Notes: a model not told the origin generated them from the sequence alone. A stretch of DNA of 64,000 nt from Polyangiales bacterium (GCA_038231275.1 JBBRLQ010000011.1:166494-230493); one strand, 5' to 3'. Shown: positions 40,926-51,112, numbered from the stretch's first letter. Made by a program: numbers and translations.

Positions 40926-42262
40926 GTCGGCCTCGCCGTGCGCGGCAAGAGCCTCGCCTCGAGTCGGAACCAGAACACAATCGCGATCGCGAGCTGCACG
41001 CACGACGTCGATAGCGCAATCCCCTCGAGGCCGATCGCCTTCATGAGCACGACGTTGAAGACCGCGTTGAGCGACGCGTTCAAGATGCCCATCGAAAGCA
41101 TGATTGGGCTATTTTTGATGGCGACGTGCGCGCGCGCGAGCACCAGCAGCGCGCCGAACGGGGCGAGGCCCACGAGGTGGTACGGCAGGATCGCGATCAT
41201 TCGCTCGACGCCGGCGACGTCCATCTCGCCGCGGAGGAAGACGAAGCGCAGGATCGGCCCGCGCAGCACGAAGAGGATCGCGGCCATCGCCGCCAGGATG
41301 GTGCAGACGCTGACGAGCGAGCGGTTCACCGTCGTGCGGATCTTGTCGAGTTTCCCCTCCGCGAAGTCTTCGGCGAGGTGCGACAGGAGCACGGGGAGCA
41401 GCGTCGCCTGGAGCAGTGACGTCGGGAGCGACGCGACGTCGCCGGTGTAGCGCAGCATCGTGCCGCCGCCGACGACCCCCGCGAGGCCCGCCATGAGCTG
41501 GTCGACAACGGGGTTCACGCGCGTCACCGCGCCGCCGCCGACCTCCGACGCGATCAGGCGCGTGAAACGGCGCACCGGCTCGGGGCGTTCGAGCGTCAGC
41601 GTGAAGCGCATCTTGACGAGGCCGATCGCCGCGTAGCCGAGCACACCGATCGCGAGCGCCTCGCCGAGCAGCGCGCCACTCGGGATGGCGAGGACGCCGC
41701 GATCCGCGCGCAGAAGCGCGATGAAGCCGATGTTCGCGACGATGCCGACCGAGCTCGCGATCGGCTGCGCGAAGTAGCGGTGCTCGGCGTTGAGGAGCGC
41801 GCCGAAGAACGTCTTCACGCTGAGCGCGACGAGAAATAGGCTGAACGGCAAGACCATGCGCGCCGCGAGCGCGAAGTCCGCGCCGTGGTAGCGAAGCCGG
41901 AAGTAGCCGAGCGCGACGACGCCGATCGCCGTCGCGAGCGCGCCGCCGAGGAGGAGCGTGTACGCGAAGAGCGAGCCGATGACGCGCGGCAGCTCGGCGC
42001 GGTCCTTCATCTTCACCTCCGCCAAGATCGGCACGAGGGCCGAGTCCTGGTACGCGGAGAAGACCAGCGAGCCGGCGAACGTGAAGACGGCCCACGAGAA
42101 GTAATAGACGTCGGTGGCGTCGGTCCGCCCGAACCACGCCGCGAGGAGCAGTGGCAGCACGGCCTCGCCCGCGCGGAAGACCACCTGGACCGGCAGGAGC
42201 AGCAGCGTCGTCCTGAGAATGCCGCGTTTCTTCGACCCGCCCGCGCCGTCGCCCTCGCTCAC
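40922..42262 (-). CDS. MurJ/MviN-like MOP-superfamily flippase
   Basis: About 12 TM; AAWFG....TDVY; ALVP; VDQLMA; FLRGEM; GIALSTS. Confidence 0.8.
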   Translation of the reverse strand: MSEGDGAGGSKKRGILRTTLLLLPVQVVFRAGEAVLPLLLAAWFGRTDATDVYYFSWAVFTFAGSLVFSAYQDSALVPILAEVKMKDRAELPRVIGSLFAYTLLLGGALATAIGVVALGYFRLRYHGADFALAARMVLPFSLFLVALSVKTFFGALLNAEHRYFAQPIASSVGIVANIGFIALLRADRGVLAIPSGALLGEALAIGVLGYAAIGLVKMRFTLTLERPEPVRRFTRLIASEVGGGAVTRVNPVVDQLMAGLAGVVGGGTMLRYTGDVASLPTSLLQATLLPVLLSHLAEDFAEGKLDKIRTTVNRSLVSVCTILAAMAAILFVLRGPILRFVFLRGEMDVAGVERMIAILPYHLVGLAPFGALLVLARAHVAIKNSPIMLSMGILNASLNAVFNVVLMKAIGLEGIALSTSCVQLAIAIVFWFRLEARLLPRTARPT

Positions 42263-43185
42263 GCGAAGAGCTCCGGGACGTCGGAGAGGCCGATGACGCG
42301 GATGTTCTCCTTCCGCGCGAACGAGAGGAGCGCGGCGAGGCGATCCATGATGCCCTCGGCCGCCGCCTCGGTGTTCGCGTAGGGGCTCGCGCCGGCGATG
42401 ATCTCGACGTTGTGGAACATCGCGTTCAAGACCACCGGCCGCTCCGGATGCGCGGCGCGCGCCGCCTTGATCTCGTCCTTCGCGACCTCGACGAGCTGTG
42501 TCTCGCTCCCGCGCGTTGGCCTGAGCCAGCGCGGCTCCAGGTATTTTCCGAGGATCGGCGCGTGCGAGAGGAGGTGCGGGCGGATCGTCACCGGCACCTC
42601 GAGGAGCTTCGCGTCGCCAACCTTGGCGGGCGCGCGCGGATCGGGTCGGTACGGCTGCGTCGGCGCGCCGAGGAACGATAGGCCCTTCGCGCCGGAGCTG
42701 GTCCAGTCCATGAACGGCGTCACGCTCGACTCCACTTCGTAGCCGAGGTCGCTCAAGATCGGGATCGAGTTGGGGCCGATGCCGAAGCGACCCGCGCGGA
42801 ACGAGCGGGGGCGCGCGCCGAACGTCGTCGCGAAGAGGTCGGTCAGGTAGGTGAGCTTCTGGCGCTCGACCTCTTCGGTGTAGTCGCGCTGGAAGTCCTT
42901 GGTGACCTCAGGCTCGAACGCGCCGGGCTCCGCGTACTCGCCATGGAGGTGCGCGCCGAGCTCGGACGCTCCCTTCAGGTTGCGCAGCGCCTCCGCGCTC
43001 TCCGCGTCGCGAATCACCTCGGGGGAGAGCAGGTACGTGGGCTTCGCGCCGTGGACGTTGAAGAGCGGTTGCAAGCGCGCGACGATCCCCTCGAAGATCC
43101 CGTCGAAGGCGAGCGGGCGCTTCGACTTCCAGCCGAGCCCCTTGTCGCATTCGGTGTCGATCGACACGCAGAGGTACGCCCGCAT
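42259..43185 (-). CDS. Polysaccharide deacetylase-like (WalW/NodB fold) protein
   Basis: SIDTE; ELGAHLH; SFRAGRFG; ESSV.P; LLEVP; MFH. Confidence 0.8.
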   Translation of the reverse strand: MRAYLCVSIDTECDKGLGWKSKRPLAFDGIFEGIVARLQPLFNVHGAKPTYLLSPEVIRDAESAEALRNLKGASELGAHLHGEYAEPGAFEPEVTKDFQRDYTEEVERQKLTYLTDLFATTFGARPRSFRAGRFGIGPNSIPILSDLGYEVESSVTPFMDWTSSGAKGLSFLGAPTQPYRPDPRAPAKVGDAKLLEVPVTIRPHLLSHAPILGKYLEPRWLRPTRGSETQLVEVAKDEIKAARAAHPERPVVLNAMFHNVEIIAGASPYANTEAAAEGIMDRLAALLSFARKENIRVIGLSDVPELFA

Positions 43186-43312
43186 TTCTTCGCTTGCGTA
43201 GCACGGGCGCGCGCGCCGCGCACAGCACCGAGAGCCACCCCCAGGCCACCCTCCGCGCCTCGTCTAAGCCCTCGCAATCTGGCGCCTCCTTGCTATAGCT
43301 CGGGGGCACGAA

Positions 43313-44620
43313 ATGGCCCTCGATCCTTTGCGCGCCGACGACGCTTCGCGCTCTTCTGCCACCTCTGCCGCCACTGGGTTTCGCCGCGGCCGAAAGGCGC
43401 GCGTCCTCTTCGTGAACGACACCGCGCGCAACGGCGGGCCGGGCCGGAGCCTCTTCTACATCCTCAAATTCCTCGACCCCGAGGTCATCCATCGCGCTGT
43501 CGTGCTCCCGCGGGAAGGCGTGATCAGCGAGCTCTACGCGTCGAGCGGCGTCACCGAGGAGCTCTTCTTCGAGCCGAACCTCGTCGAGAACCCCGTCGAG
43601 CCATGGACCCGCGCGATCGAGCGCGAGGACTTCGACGCGCCGCTGCCGATCCGTGCGGCGCGCCTCGTCGGCAACGTCGGCCGCGGCGCGTTCGGCATCG
43701 CGCGCCTCACGCGCATGCTGCGGGCAGGCGAGTACGACCTCGTCTATTGCAACGGCACCAACGCGTGCTTCGCGGGCGGCGCGCTCGCGCGAACGAGCGG
43801 TGTGCCCGCCCTGTGGCACGTCCGCTACACGTCGGTGCCGCCTGCCCTCGAGCGCGTCCACGCGGGCCTCGCGGCGAGCCGCGGCGTGCGTTCGATCGTC
43901 TGCGTGTCGAAGGCGTCGGCCGCCCTCTTCCCGCACTGCCCCGAGAAGGTGAAGGTCATCCACAACGCCCTCGACGTCGAGGAGTTCGCGCCGCGCGCCG
44001 CCGTCCCGCGCCTTCGCCAAGAGCTCGGGCTCGCGCCGGGCACCGTCGTCTTCGGAAGCCAAGGCCGCATCCTCCCGCGCAAGGGCTACCCCGAGATGGT
44101 GCGCGCCGCGAAGCTCATGCTCGACGAGCTCGACGAGGACGATCGCGCGCGCGTCCACTTCGCGGTCCTCGGCGACACGCCCGCCGACATGCGTCCCGAT
44201 CACCTCGAGGAGTGCCGTGCGCTCGTGAGGGAGCTCGGGATCGAGGAACGCTTCACGTTCATGGGATTCCAGATCGACGTGAAGCCCTACGTCGCCGACT
44301 TCGACGTCGCCGTCGTCCCCAGCGTCTACGCCGATCCGCTGCCGCGCGCCGTCATCGAATCAATGGCGATGGGGAAGCCCGTGGTGGCGTTCGACGTAGG
44401 AGGAGTCGCCGAGATGCTGCGCCACGGTGAAGACGGTGCGCTCGTGCGTGGCTCGCCGCCCGACGTCCCCGGCCTGGCGCGCGAGATGCTCCGCTACGCC
44501 CGCGATCCTGGGCTCCGCGCGCGCCACGGCGAAGCGGCACGGCAGCGCATCTTGCGAGACTTCGACTCGCGCGCCCAGGCGCGGCGCATCCAGGACGAGA
44601 TCCTGAAGGTGGCCCGATGA
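43313..44620 (+). CDS. GT4 glycosyltransferase
   Basis: GGPGRSL; HNALD; GRILPRKG; DPLPRAVIESM (D-x7-E variant). Confidence 0.9.
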   Translation: MALDPLRADDASRSSATSAATGFRRGRKARVLFVNDTARNGGPGRSLFYILKFLDPEVIHRAVVLPREGVISELYASSGVTEELFFEPNLVENPVEPWTRAIEREDFDAPLPIRAARLVGNVGRGAFGIARLTRMLRAGEYDLVYCNGTNACFAGGALARTSGVPALWHVRYTSVPPALERVHAGLAASRGVRSIVCVSKASAALFPHCPEKVKVIHNALDVEEFAPRAAVPRLRQELGLAPGTVVFGSQGRILPRKGYPEMVRAAKLMLDELDEDDRARVHFAVLGDTPADMRPDHLEECRALVRELGIEERFTFMGFQIDVKPYVADFDVAVVPSVYADPLPRAVIESMAMGKPVVAFDVGGVAEMLRHGEDGALVRGSPPDVPGLAREMLRYARDPGLRARHGEAARQRILRDFDSRAQARRIQDEILKVAR

Positions 44621-47304
44621 TCAAGCGACTGGTCGCCCGCATCGTCGACGCCTCGGGGCGGATGCCGTTCGTGGTCCTCTTCTGCGTGCTCGGCGTGGCC
44701 GGCTTTGCGTGGTCGTGGGCCGCCTACAAATGGGAGCTCCGCAGCGAGCTGCTCGAGCTCCTCCCGCGCGAGAGCCCGGGATTCAAGGCGTTCGAGCACC
44801 AGCTCGGGCGCACCGGCGGCGGCGCGCCGCTCATCATCGTGAACGAGTCGCCCGACCGCAAGGCGAACGAGAAGTTCATCGACGATTTGACCGCGCGGCT
44901 CAACAAAGTCGTCAGCGATCGCAAGGCCTGCGTGGCGGCCAAGCGCGCGGACTGCGGGCTCGACCTCATCGCGTACCTCGAGACCGGCACCAACGACGTC
45001 CACAAATTCTTCGAAGACACGAAGTGGCTCTACGCCGACATCAAGGACCTCGAGAACGCCGACGACACGCTCGATCACCAGATCGCGATCAAGAGCGGCC
45101 TCGTCACGAACCTCGACGACGACGACGACGATCCCAAGACGCCCCCGAAGCAAGCGCCCGCGCCCGCGCCGAACGCATCGGGGACGCCTGCTCCTCCGCC
45201 CGCGCCTGGTCCCGGCGGCGCCGCCACCGCGCCCGCGCCTCCCGAAAAGAAGAGCGCGCTCGGCATGGACGAGTTCCGCGACCGGTGGAAGGCCAAGGCC
45301 CAGAAGAACGACGACTTCCCCACGGGCTACTTCGCGACGCCCGACGGCAAGATGATGGCGCTCCGCGTCGTCTCGACGTCGAGCGGCCTCGGCGGGAGCT
45401 CGGAGGACTCGCTCCTCAAACAGATCAGCGATCTCGTCGCGGACATGAAGCCGACCTCGTACCACCCTGAGATGAAGGTGGGCTACGCGGGGCACATCGC
45501 CAACGTGGTCGCCGAGAAGGACTCCCTATTGAGCGAGGGGGCGTGGGCCGGCGGCATCGGCTTCGTGCTCATCGTCATCGGGATCGCCTTCTTTTTCCGC
45601 TCGCCGTGGTCGCTCCCGGTCGTCGCTCTCCCGGCGATCGTCGGCGTCGGCTGCTCCTACGCGTTCGCGATGACCGCGTACGGGCACGTCAACACCGCGG
45701 GCCTCTTCCTCGGCGTCATCATCCTCGGCAACGGGATCAACTACCCGATCGTCCTCCTGTCGCGGTACCGCGAGTTCCGCGCGCGTGGCATGGCCCCCGA
45801 CGTGGCGCGGCGCGACGCGGTATGGAACGCGTTCCGCGCGGAGCTCGTCGGTGCGACCGTCGGATCGATCGCCTACGGGTCCCTCGTCATCACGCGCTTC
45901 CGCGGCTTCAACCAGTTCGGCACCATCGGCTTCGTGGGGATGCTCGCGGTGTGGCTGTCGATGATCCCGACGGTCCCCGCGATGATCGTCCTCATCGAGC
46001 GCCTGCAGAAGCACTTGCCGGACTACCTCCGCGACCCCCCGCCGCCGATCGCGCAGGACGGAACGAGCGGCCCGATCATGCGCGTCATCGCGCGCGTGAG
46101 CAAAGGCTCGCCCCGGCTGATCCTCGCGATCGCCGCGCTCGTCACGCTCGCGGCGATTTATCAGCTGCCGTCGTTCCTGCGCGACCCGTGGGAATACAAC
46201 TTCGCGAAGCTCGGCTCGCGCAGCTCCAAGACGAGCGGCGCGGGCGACTGGTCCAACAAGGCCGACGTCGTCTTCGGCGGCAAGATGAACGTCGCCGGCG
46301 CACTGATGCTCGCCGACACGCCCGAGCAAGTCCCGCTCGTGAAGAAGAAGATCCTCGAGAACGACGCGAACGACCCGCAGGGCCAGCTCCTCGCCGACGT
46401 CGCGACGATCTACGATCTGATGCCAGGCACGCTGGAGGAGCAGAAGAAAAAGCTCGAGATCTTGGACAGCATCCGCGATCGCCTCACGCCCGCGGTCCTG
46501 AACGACATGGACCCCCAGGAGCGCAAGCGCGTCGAAGAGATTCGCCCGCCTGACGATCTGAAACCCATCGAGCCCAAGGATCTCCCTCCGCTCCTGCGGC
46601 GGCGCTTCGAGGAGAACAACGGCGTCGTCGGCACCGTCTTCTACGTGAAGACGCGCAACGACGTATCGCTGTCCGACGGGCACAACCTCCTCCGCATCGC
46701 GGCGTCGACCGACAACGTGCATCTCCCCGGCGGCGTGGTCGTCCAGACGGCAAGTCGCTCGACGATCTTCTCGGAGATGATCCGCTCGATGGAGCGGGAT
46801 GGGCCGCTCGCGACGGGCGCGTCGTTCCTCGGGGTCCTCGTCGTCGTCGTGCTCGCGACGTCGAGCCTGCGCGGCGCGTTCGCGGTCCTGTCGGTGCTCG
46901 TGATGGGCGTCATCTGGACGGCGGGCGGCGCCGCGTTCGCCGACCTGAGGCTGAACTACATCAACTTCATCGCGTTCCCGATCACGTTCGGCATCGGTTG
47001 CGAATACCCGTTCAACATTTTCGACCGCTCGCGTCTCCTCGGGGGAGACGTCGACCTAGCGCTGCGTCGCACGGGCGGCGCCGTTGCGCTGTGCAGCTAC
47101 ACGACGATCGTGGGCTACGGTGCGCTCTTGTTCGCGGACTTCCAGTCCCTGCAGTCGTTCGGCCAGCTCGCGATGAGCGGGGAGATCGCGTGCCTCATCG
47201 GCGCGATGCTCGTCCTGCCCGCGATCTTGCACCTCATGCCGACGTGGCAGGCGAAGATGAAGGCCGAGCACGCCGAGGCGCACGAAGCGTCGCTCGATCT
47301 CTGA
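44617..47304 (+). CDS. MMPL/RND-family lipid transporter
   Basis: Two 1+5 TM repeats; ILGNGINYPIVLLSRYRE; FRGFNQFG; ITFGIGCEY; LVLPA; ATGA-coupled to the GT4. Confidence 0.88.
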   Translation: MIKRLVARIVDASGRMPFVVLFCVLGVAGFAWSWAAYKWELRSELLELLPRESPGFKAFEHQLGRTGGGAPLIIVNESPDRKANEKFIDDLTARLNKVVSDRKACVAAKRADCGLDLIAYLETGTNDVHKFFEDTKWLYADIKDLENADDTLDHQIAIKSGLVTNLDDDDDDPKTPPKQAPAPAPNASGTPAPPPAPGPGGAATAPAPPEKKSALGMDEFRDRWKAKAQKNDDFPTGYFATPDGKMMALRVVSTSSGLGGSSEDSLLKQISDLVADMKPTSYHPEMKVGYAGHIANVVAEKDSLLSEGAWAGGIGFVLIVIGIAFFFRSPWSLPVVALPAIVGVGCSYAFAMTAYGHVNTAGLFLGVIILGNGINYPIVLLSRYREFRARGMAPDVARRDAVWNAFRAELVGATVGSIAYGSLVITRFRGFNQFGTIGFVGMLAVWLSMIPTVPAMIVLIERLQKHLPDYLRDPPPPIAQDGTSGPIMRVIARVSKGSPRLILAIAALVTLAAIYQLPSFLRDPWEYNFAKLGSRSSKTSGAGDWSNKADVVFGGKMNVAGALMLADTPEQVPLVKKKILENDANDPQGQLLADVATIYDLMPGTLEEQKKKLEILDSIRDRLTPAVLNDMDPQERKRVEEIRPPDDLKPIEPKDLPPLLRRRFEENNGVVGTVFYVKTRNDVSLSDGHNLLRIAASTDNVHLPGGVVVQTASRSTIFSEMIRSMERDGPLATGASFLGVLVVVVLATSSLRGAFAVLSVLVMGVIWTAGGAAFADLRLNYINFIAFPITFGIGCEYPFNIFDRSRLLGGDVDLALRRTGGAVALCSYTTIVGYGALLFADFQSLQSFGQLAMSGEIACLIGAMLVLPAILHLMPTWQAKMKAEHAEAHEASLDL

Positions 47305-47345
47305 GCGGAGCGAAGCCCCCGACGGAAGTCCTGCGGCGCGCGGCG

Positions 47346-48293
47346 TCAGCGGAAGAGGAGCGAGCCGAACCTGCGCGTGTCGCACCACGGCAAGTCGGCG
47401 CTGCCGCCGCAGCAACAGGTCGGCTCATTGCACGTGCAGGGCGTAGAGGTCGAGAGCTGCCAGACGAGGTAGTAGTTCTGGCGAACGCCGTCGGAGTCGT
47501 TCAGCTCCAGATCGACCGACATGACGTCGCCGGCGACGAAGCTCGCGCGGGCGAAGGCGGTCGGGAGGATGCTCGCCTCCACGGTGTAGCCGTTCGCCGT
47601 GATGACGACCTTCGACGTCACGCCGGTGGGCGGGGTCACCGGCGACGTCTTCGCCCAGTCTTGGACCAGCCCCTTGTAGTCCCAGACGTAGTGGTGATCG
47701 TTCGCGCCGTAGGTCCCTTTGAGAGGACCGGCGTCGGACGAGCCGTACATCTCGATCGAGTCGTTGAGCGTCGAGTCTCCGGCGTCGGCCTCGAGGAGCA
47801 GATCGGTCACTTCGGCGGCGAAGAAGAGGTGGCCGGCCTCGTACTCCCACCGCACCTTCGCCGAGACCGCGACCGCGCCGCCGTCCGGCTTCAGCACGAA
47901 CGCGGCGGTGTCCTTGTCGAGGACAAGTGGCGCTTGGCAGCCCCAGTCGCCTAGGTCGCCGTCGATCACTTTGCCGCCGGGAGAAGGAAACGCGTTCGCC
48001 TGGCCCGCAGGTCCTTGTGTGGCGCCACAGTCCTTGCCTGCGTCTTTGCCGGAGTCGGGAGGAGGCGGCGTGCCGGTGTCGTCGGTCGGCTCGTCGGTCG
48101 CGTCTACAACGGCCCCATCGCCGCCGCCCGCGTCGCGAGCATCTGGCGCGACGGTGGCGTCGGACGGACCGGCGTCGTCGGCGGAGGCCTGGCCGGTCAG
48201 GTCGAGCCCGCAGGCGGCGAGGGCGAGCGGCGCGAGCGAGAGGGCCGCGAGCGCAGGACATGCGAGCAATCGGAGGATGAGGCGGCGCGGCAT
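47346..48293 (-). CDS. Lipoprotein with CBM9/DOMON-like sugar-binding domain
   Basis: Lipobox LAAC; DA-rich linker; IDGDLGDW; DSIEMY; GYTVEASI; LNDSD; Cys-rich end. Confidence 0.72.
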   Translation of the reverse strand: MPRRLILRLLACPALAALSLAPLALAACGLDLTGQASADDAGPSDATVAPDARDAGGGDGAVVDATDEPTDDTGTPPPPDSGKDAGKDCGATQGPAGQANAFPSPGGKVIDGDLGDWGCQAPLVLDKDTAAFVLKPDGGAVAVSAKVRWEYEAGHLFFAAEVTDLLLEADAGDSTLNDSIEMYGSSDAGPLKGTYGANDHHYVWDYKGLVQDWAKTSPVTPPTGVTSKVVITANGYTVEASILPTAFARASFVAGDVMSVDLELNDSDGVRQNYYLVWQLSTSTPCTCNEPTCCCGGSADLPWCDTRRFGSLLFR

Positions 48294-48303
48294 CGGATCC
48301 GTT

Positions 48304-49020
48304 TCAGTTGAAGAGCGCGCGGCCGGTCTCGACGGTGTCGCCGGCGGCCCAGTCGAGGAGACGGCGGGTCTCGTAGCGGAGGAGCGTGAAGCGCATGTCC
48401 GCGGGGTGGATGGCGATGCGCGCGGGCATCGCGGCGCGCGCGTACTTGGCGATGCGGCACCACGCGACGCTCGATAGGAGGCGCCCCGGCGTCCGGCTCG
48501 CGTAGTTGAGGACGACGCTCGCGCGCTTGCGGTTCGACGCCGGATCGTAGACGTGCAGGTGGTCTTCGGTGAACGCGTACCCGCGCTTGCCCAGGACCGG
48601 GAGGAGCCAGTCGTGCATCGCCCACGCCGGCGCGATGAAGCCGTCGATGCGGAGGCCCGCGCGCTCCAGGACCTCTTCACCTTCGTCGAGGCGCGCTTCG
48701 GCCTCGGGCTGCGAGAGGTCGCGGAACTCCGCCTCGCCGCCGCTCACGATCTTCTGCGCGTACAGCCACGCCAGATCCCGCCGCTCGGTGTGGCGGCTCT
48801 TGTGAAAGAAGCCGTGGAGGTAGATCTCGTGGCCGTCCTTCTGGAGGTCGCGGAGGCGGGCGCAGAACTTCGGGTGGGCGTCGAGCGGCCACTCGCCGTG
48901 GAAATTCGGGACCACGAGGAGCGCGGGCCGGACGCCGATCGTCTTCGTGTATTCGAGCGCGAGCGTGAGCTCCTGATCCCATGCGGGGGAGACGTCGTGG
49001 ATGGAGACGTGGACGGCCAC
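48304..49020 (-). CDS. DUF2334 polysaccharide-deacetylase-like protein
   Basis: VSIHDVSP; LLVVP; LHGFFH; EAEF; GFIAPAW; RIAIHPAD. Confidence 0.85.
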   Translation of the reverse strand: MAVHVSIHDVSPAWDQELTLALEYTKTIGVRPALLVVPNFHGEWPLDAHPKFCARLRDLQKDGHEIYLHGFFHKSRHTERRDLAWLYAQKIVSGGEAEFRDLSQPEAEARLDEGEEVLERAGLRIDGFIAPAWAMHDWLLPVLGKRGYAFTEDHLHVYDPASNRKRASVVLNYASRTPGRLLSSVAWCRIAKYARAAMPARIAIHPADMRFTLLRYETRRLLDWAAGDTVETGRALFN

Positions 49021-49057
49021 GCGGGGGCCATAGCACAGAAAAATCGCGCGCCTGCCG

Positions 49058-49082
49058 GGAACCTTTCGCGCCCTCGCGCGTG
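49058..49082 (+). promoter_or_regulatory. Putative autoregulatory ECF promoter
   Basis: GGAAC-N16-CGTG just upstream of the ECF sigma gene; a second GGAACC at 49082. Confidence 0.4.
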
Positions 49083-49092
49083 GAACCTTGCG

Positions 49093-49728
49093 ATGATCGC
49101 CGTCGCCATGGGTAGACCCGACGCGGCCAGCGGGCGTGCGGCCGCGGGGGCGACGACGCGGTCGGCCGAGGTCGACGCGGCGACGCTCGAGCGGTGCAAG
49201 GCCCAGGATTCCATGGCGTTCCGCGCGTTCGTGGTGCGGTACGAGCGGGCGGTCTTCGCGCTTTTGTCGCGCCTGCTCGGCCGCGGTCCGCACGTCGAGG
49301 ATCTCGCGCAGGAGGCGTTCTTGCGCGCGTTTCGAGCGTTTCCGCGCTTCGACGTCGCGCGCGAGGCACGTCCGTCCACGTGGCTCCTCACGATCGCGAC
49401 GCGCCTCGCGATCGACGCGAAGCGGAGCCGTACCATCACGCCCCAGCCGCTCGAGGCGGCGGAGCGCGTCGCCGGCACGAGCACACCGGAGACCGAGCGC
49501 GCGCGGCGAGAGTTGGGCCTCGCGATCGAGCGCGCGGCGGGCGAGCTCTCCGACGATCAGCGCGCGGTCTTCGTCTTGGCGGAGTTCCACGATCTGTCGC
49601 ACGCGGAGATCGCGCGCGCGGTCGGCGTCGCCGAGGCGACCGTGAAGACCCGCCTGTTCCGCGCGCGCGAGCACATGCGCGCGAGCTTGCGTGAACGCGA
49701 AGGAGAGGAGGACCGCGATGGCCGATGA
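49093..49728 (+). CDS. ECF RNA polymerase sigma factor
   Basis: VEDLAQEAFLRAF; STWLLTIA; LSHAEIA..VGVAEATVKTRLFRAR. Start is 49093 or 49108. Confidence 0.92.
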   Translation: MIAVAMGRPDAASGRAAAGATTRSAEVDAATLERCKAQDSMAFRAFVVRYERAVFALLSRLLGRGPHVEDLAQEAFLRAFRAFPRFDVAREARPSTWLLTIATRLAIDAKRSRTITPQPLEAAERVAGTSTPETERARRELGLAIERAAGELSDDQRAVFVLAEFHDLSHAEIARAVGVAEATVKTRLFRAREHMRASLREREGEEDRDGR

Positions 49729-51112
49729 CTTTGGCGCGTGGGAGCCGGACGAGCCGCCGCGCGGCTTCGCGGAGCGCGTGGCGTCGCGCGCGCGCGAGGA
49801 GGCCTCGCGAAATGGCAACGAGGGGCGCGGAGGTCCGGGGAGGCGAAGCGGCCCTTGGCGCATCGCGGCCGTAGCAGCCGTGGCGATCGCGGCGGCGGCA
49901 GGAGCCGTGCTGGTCGTGAAGTCCGCGCCGCCCAGGGGCGACGCCGAGACGGAGATCCGAAAGGAGATCGTCCTGGGTCCACGCGCGGTGGCGGTGCTCG
50001 AGCCGGGCGCGCGGATCGCATGGCAGGGGGATCGCGTCACCCAGTCGCGCGGCAACGTCTTCTACCGCGTGGAGCCAGGCGCGCCGTTCCACGTCGAGAC
50101 GGCGGCTGGCGAGGTGACGGTCAAAGGGACGTGCTTCCGCGTGAAGGTAAGAGAGGAAACGACGATGAACGCTCGTGAGATGAAGGTCGGAATCGCCGGC
50201 GCCGCGCTCGGTGCCGCGGCGCTCGTGGGGGTGTACGAAGGCAAGGTCGCCCTGTCGCACCCGAAGGGCGGCACCGTCGACGTGACCGCAGGCCAGTCTG
50301 CAGTCTCGGACTCACGCGGCGTGCGCGGCAGCGGATCGCTCGACGACGGCGATCGCGCGTTCGGCGACGGCGCGTCCAAGGACGAGCCGCTCCTCGCCGC
50401 CAACGCGTCGCTCGCCGACACGGTGAAGGTCTACAAGACGCGCCTCGAGGTGATCGAGGACGAGAAGAAGAAGCTCGAGAAGGATCTCGCGGCGGCGCAG
50501 GTGAAGCTCGCGTCGGCCGAGGGCGGCACGCTCGCGGCGGGGCCGAAGAAGAGCGAGTTCGATCTCAGCGAGGACGAGTGGAAACAGCTCGCGAAGGACG
50601 GACGCGTGAAGGCGCGCTACCCATGCGCCCTTCAACCGGGCGACTACGGACCCAAAGCGCTCGATAAGCTCGGCCTCCGGCCCGACGACGGCAAGACGAT
50701 CAGCGCGGCATTCGGGGCGTCGCAGAAGCGTCGCTGGGCGGTCATCCGTCCGCTCTGCTCGCAGGCGCTCGGCGGCTCGGCCGACGTCCCCGACAAGGTC
50801 GGCGAGGGGGCGTGCATCGCGATCATCCAGACGATGGCGTCGCAGAAGGATCGCGGCGCCGCGGAGGAGGCCGTTCGCCTCGCCGCTGAAGCGCGCGCAG
50901 GCCTAGTACCGATGCCGGCGCCCGACGCGCCGATCAACCCTGTCGAGCGCCTCATGTTGACGCTCTCCGGTGAGTCGAAGGCGGTCGAGGCCGATCTCGC
51001 GAAGTCGCTCGGCCCGGACGACGCCAATCGGATCATTTTCGGCAGCGGCAGCGACGAAGGGTGCTGGAGCAACAACTCGTGGAGCGTCGGTCCGCGCCCG
51101 CCCGCGCCGTGA
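49718..51112 (+). CDS. FecR-domain anti-sigma factor-like protein
   Basis: Overlaps the sigma stop; TM; FHVETAAGEVTVKGTCF...VYEGKV; coiled coil and Cys-containing C-terminal domain. Confidence 0.82.
   Translation: MADDFGAWEPDEPPRGFAERVASRAREEASRNGNEGRGGPGRRSGPWRIAAVAAVAIAAAAGAVLVVKSAPPRGDAETEIRKEIVLGPRAVAVLEPGARIAWQGDRVTQSRGNVFYRVEPGAPFHVETAAGEVTVKGTCFRVKVREETTMNAREMKVGIAGAALGAAALVGVYEGKVALSHPKGGTVDVTAGQSAVSDSRGVRGSGSLDDGDRAFGDGASKDEPLLAANASLADTVKVYKTRLEVIEDEKKKLEKDLAAAQVKLASAEGGTLAAGPKKSEFDLSEDEWKQLAKDGRVKARYPCALQPGDYGPKALDKLGLRPDDGKTISAAFGASQKRRWAVIRPLCSQALGGSADVPDKVGEGACIAIIQTMASQKDRGAAEEAVRLAAEARAGLVPMPAPDAPINPVERLMLTLSGESKAVEADLAKSLGPDDANRIIFGSGSDEGCWSNNSWSVGPRPPAP

Noticed and set aside
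40922..42262. Essential peptidoglycan murJ
   Set aside because: Shorter than typical MurJ and embedded among GT4/deacetylase genes; treated as a paralogue, so no gene symbol given.
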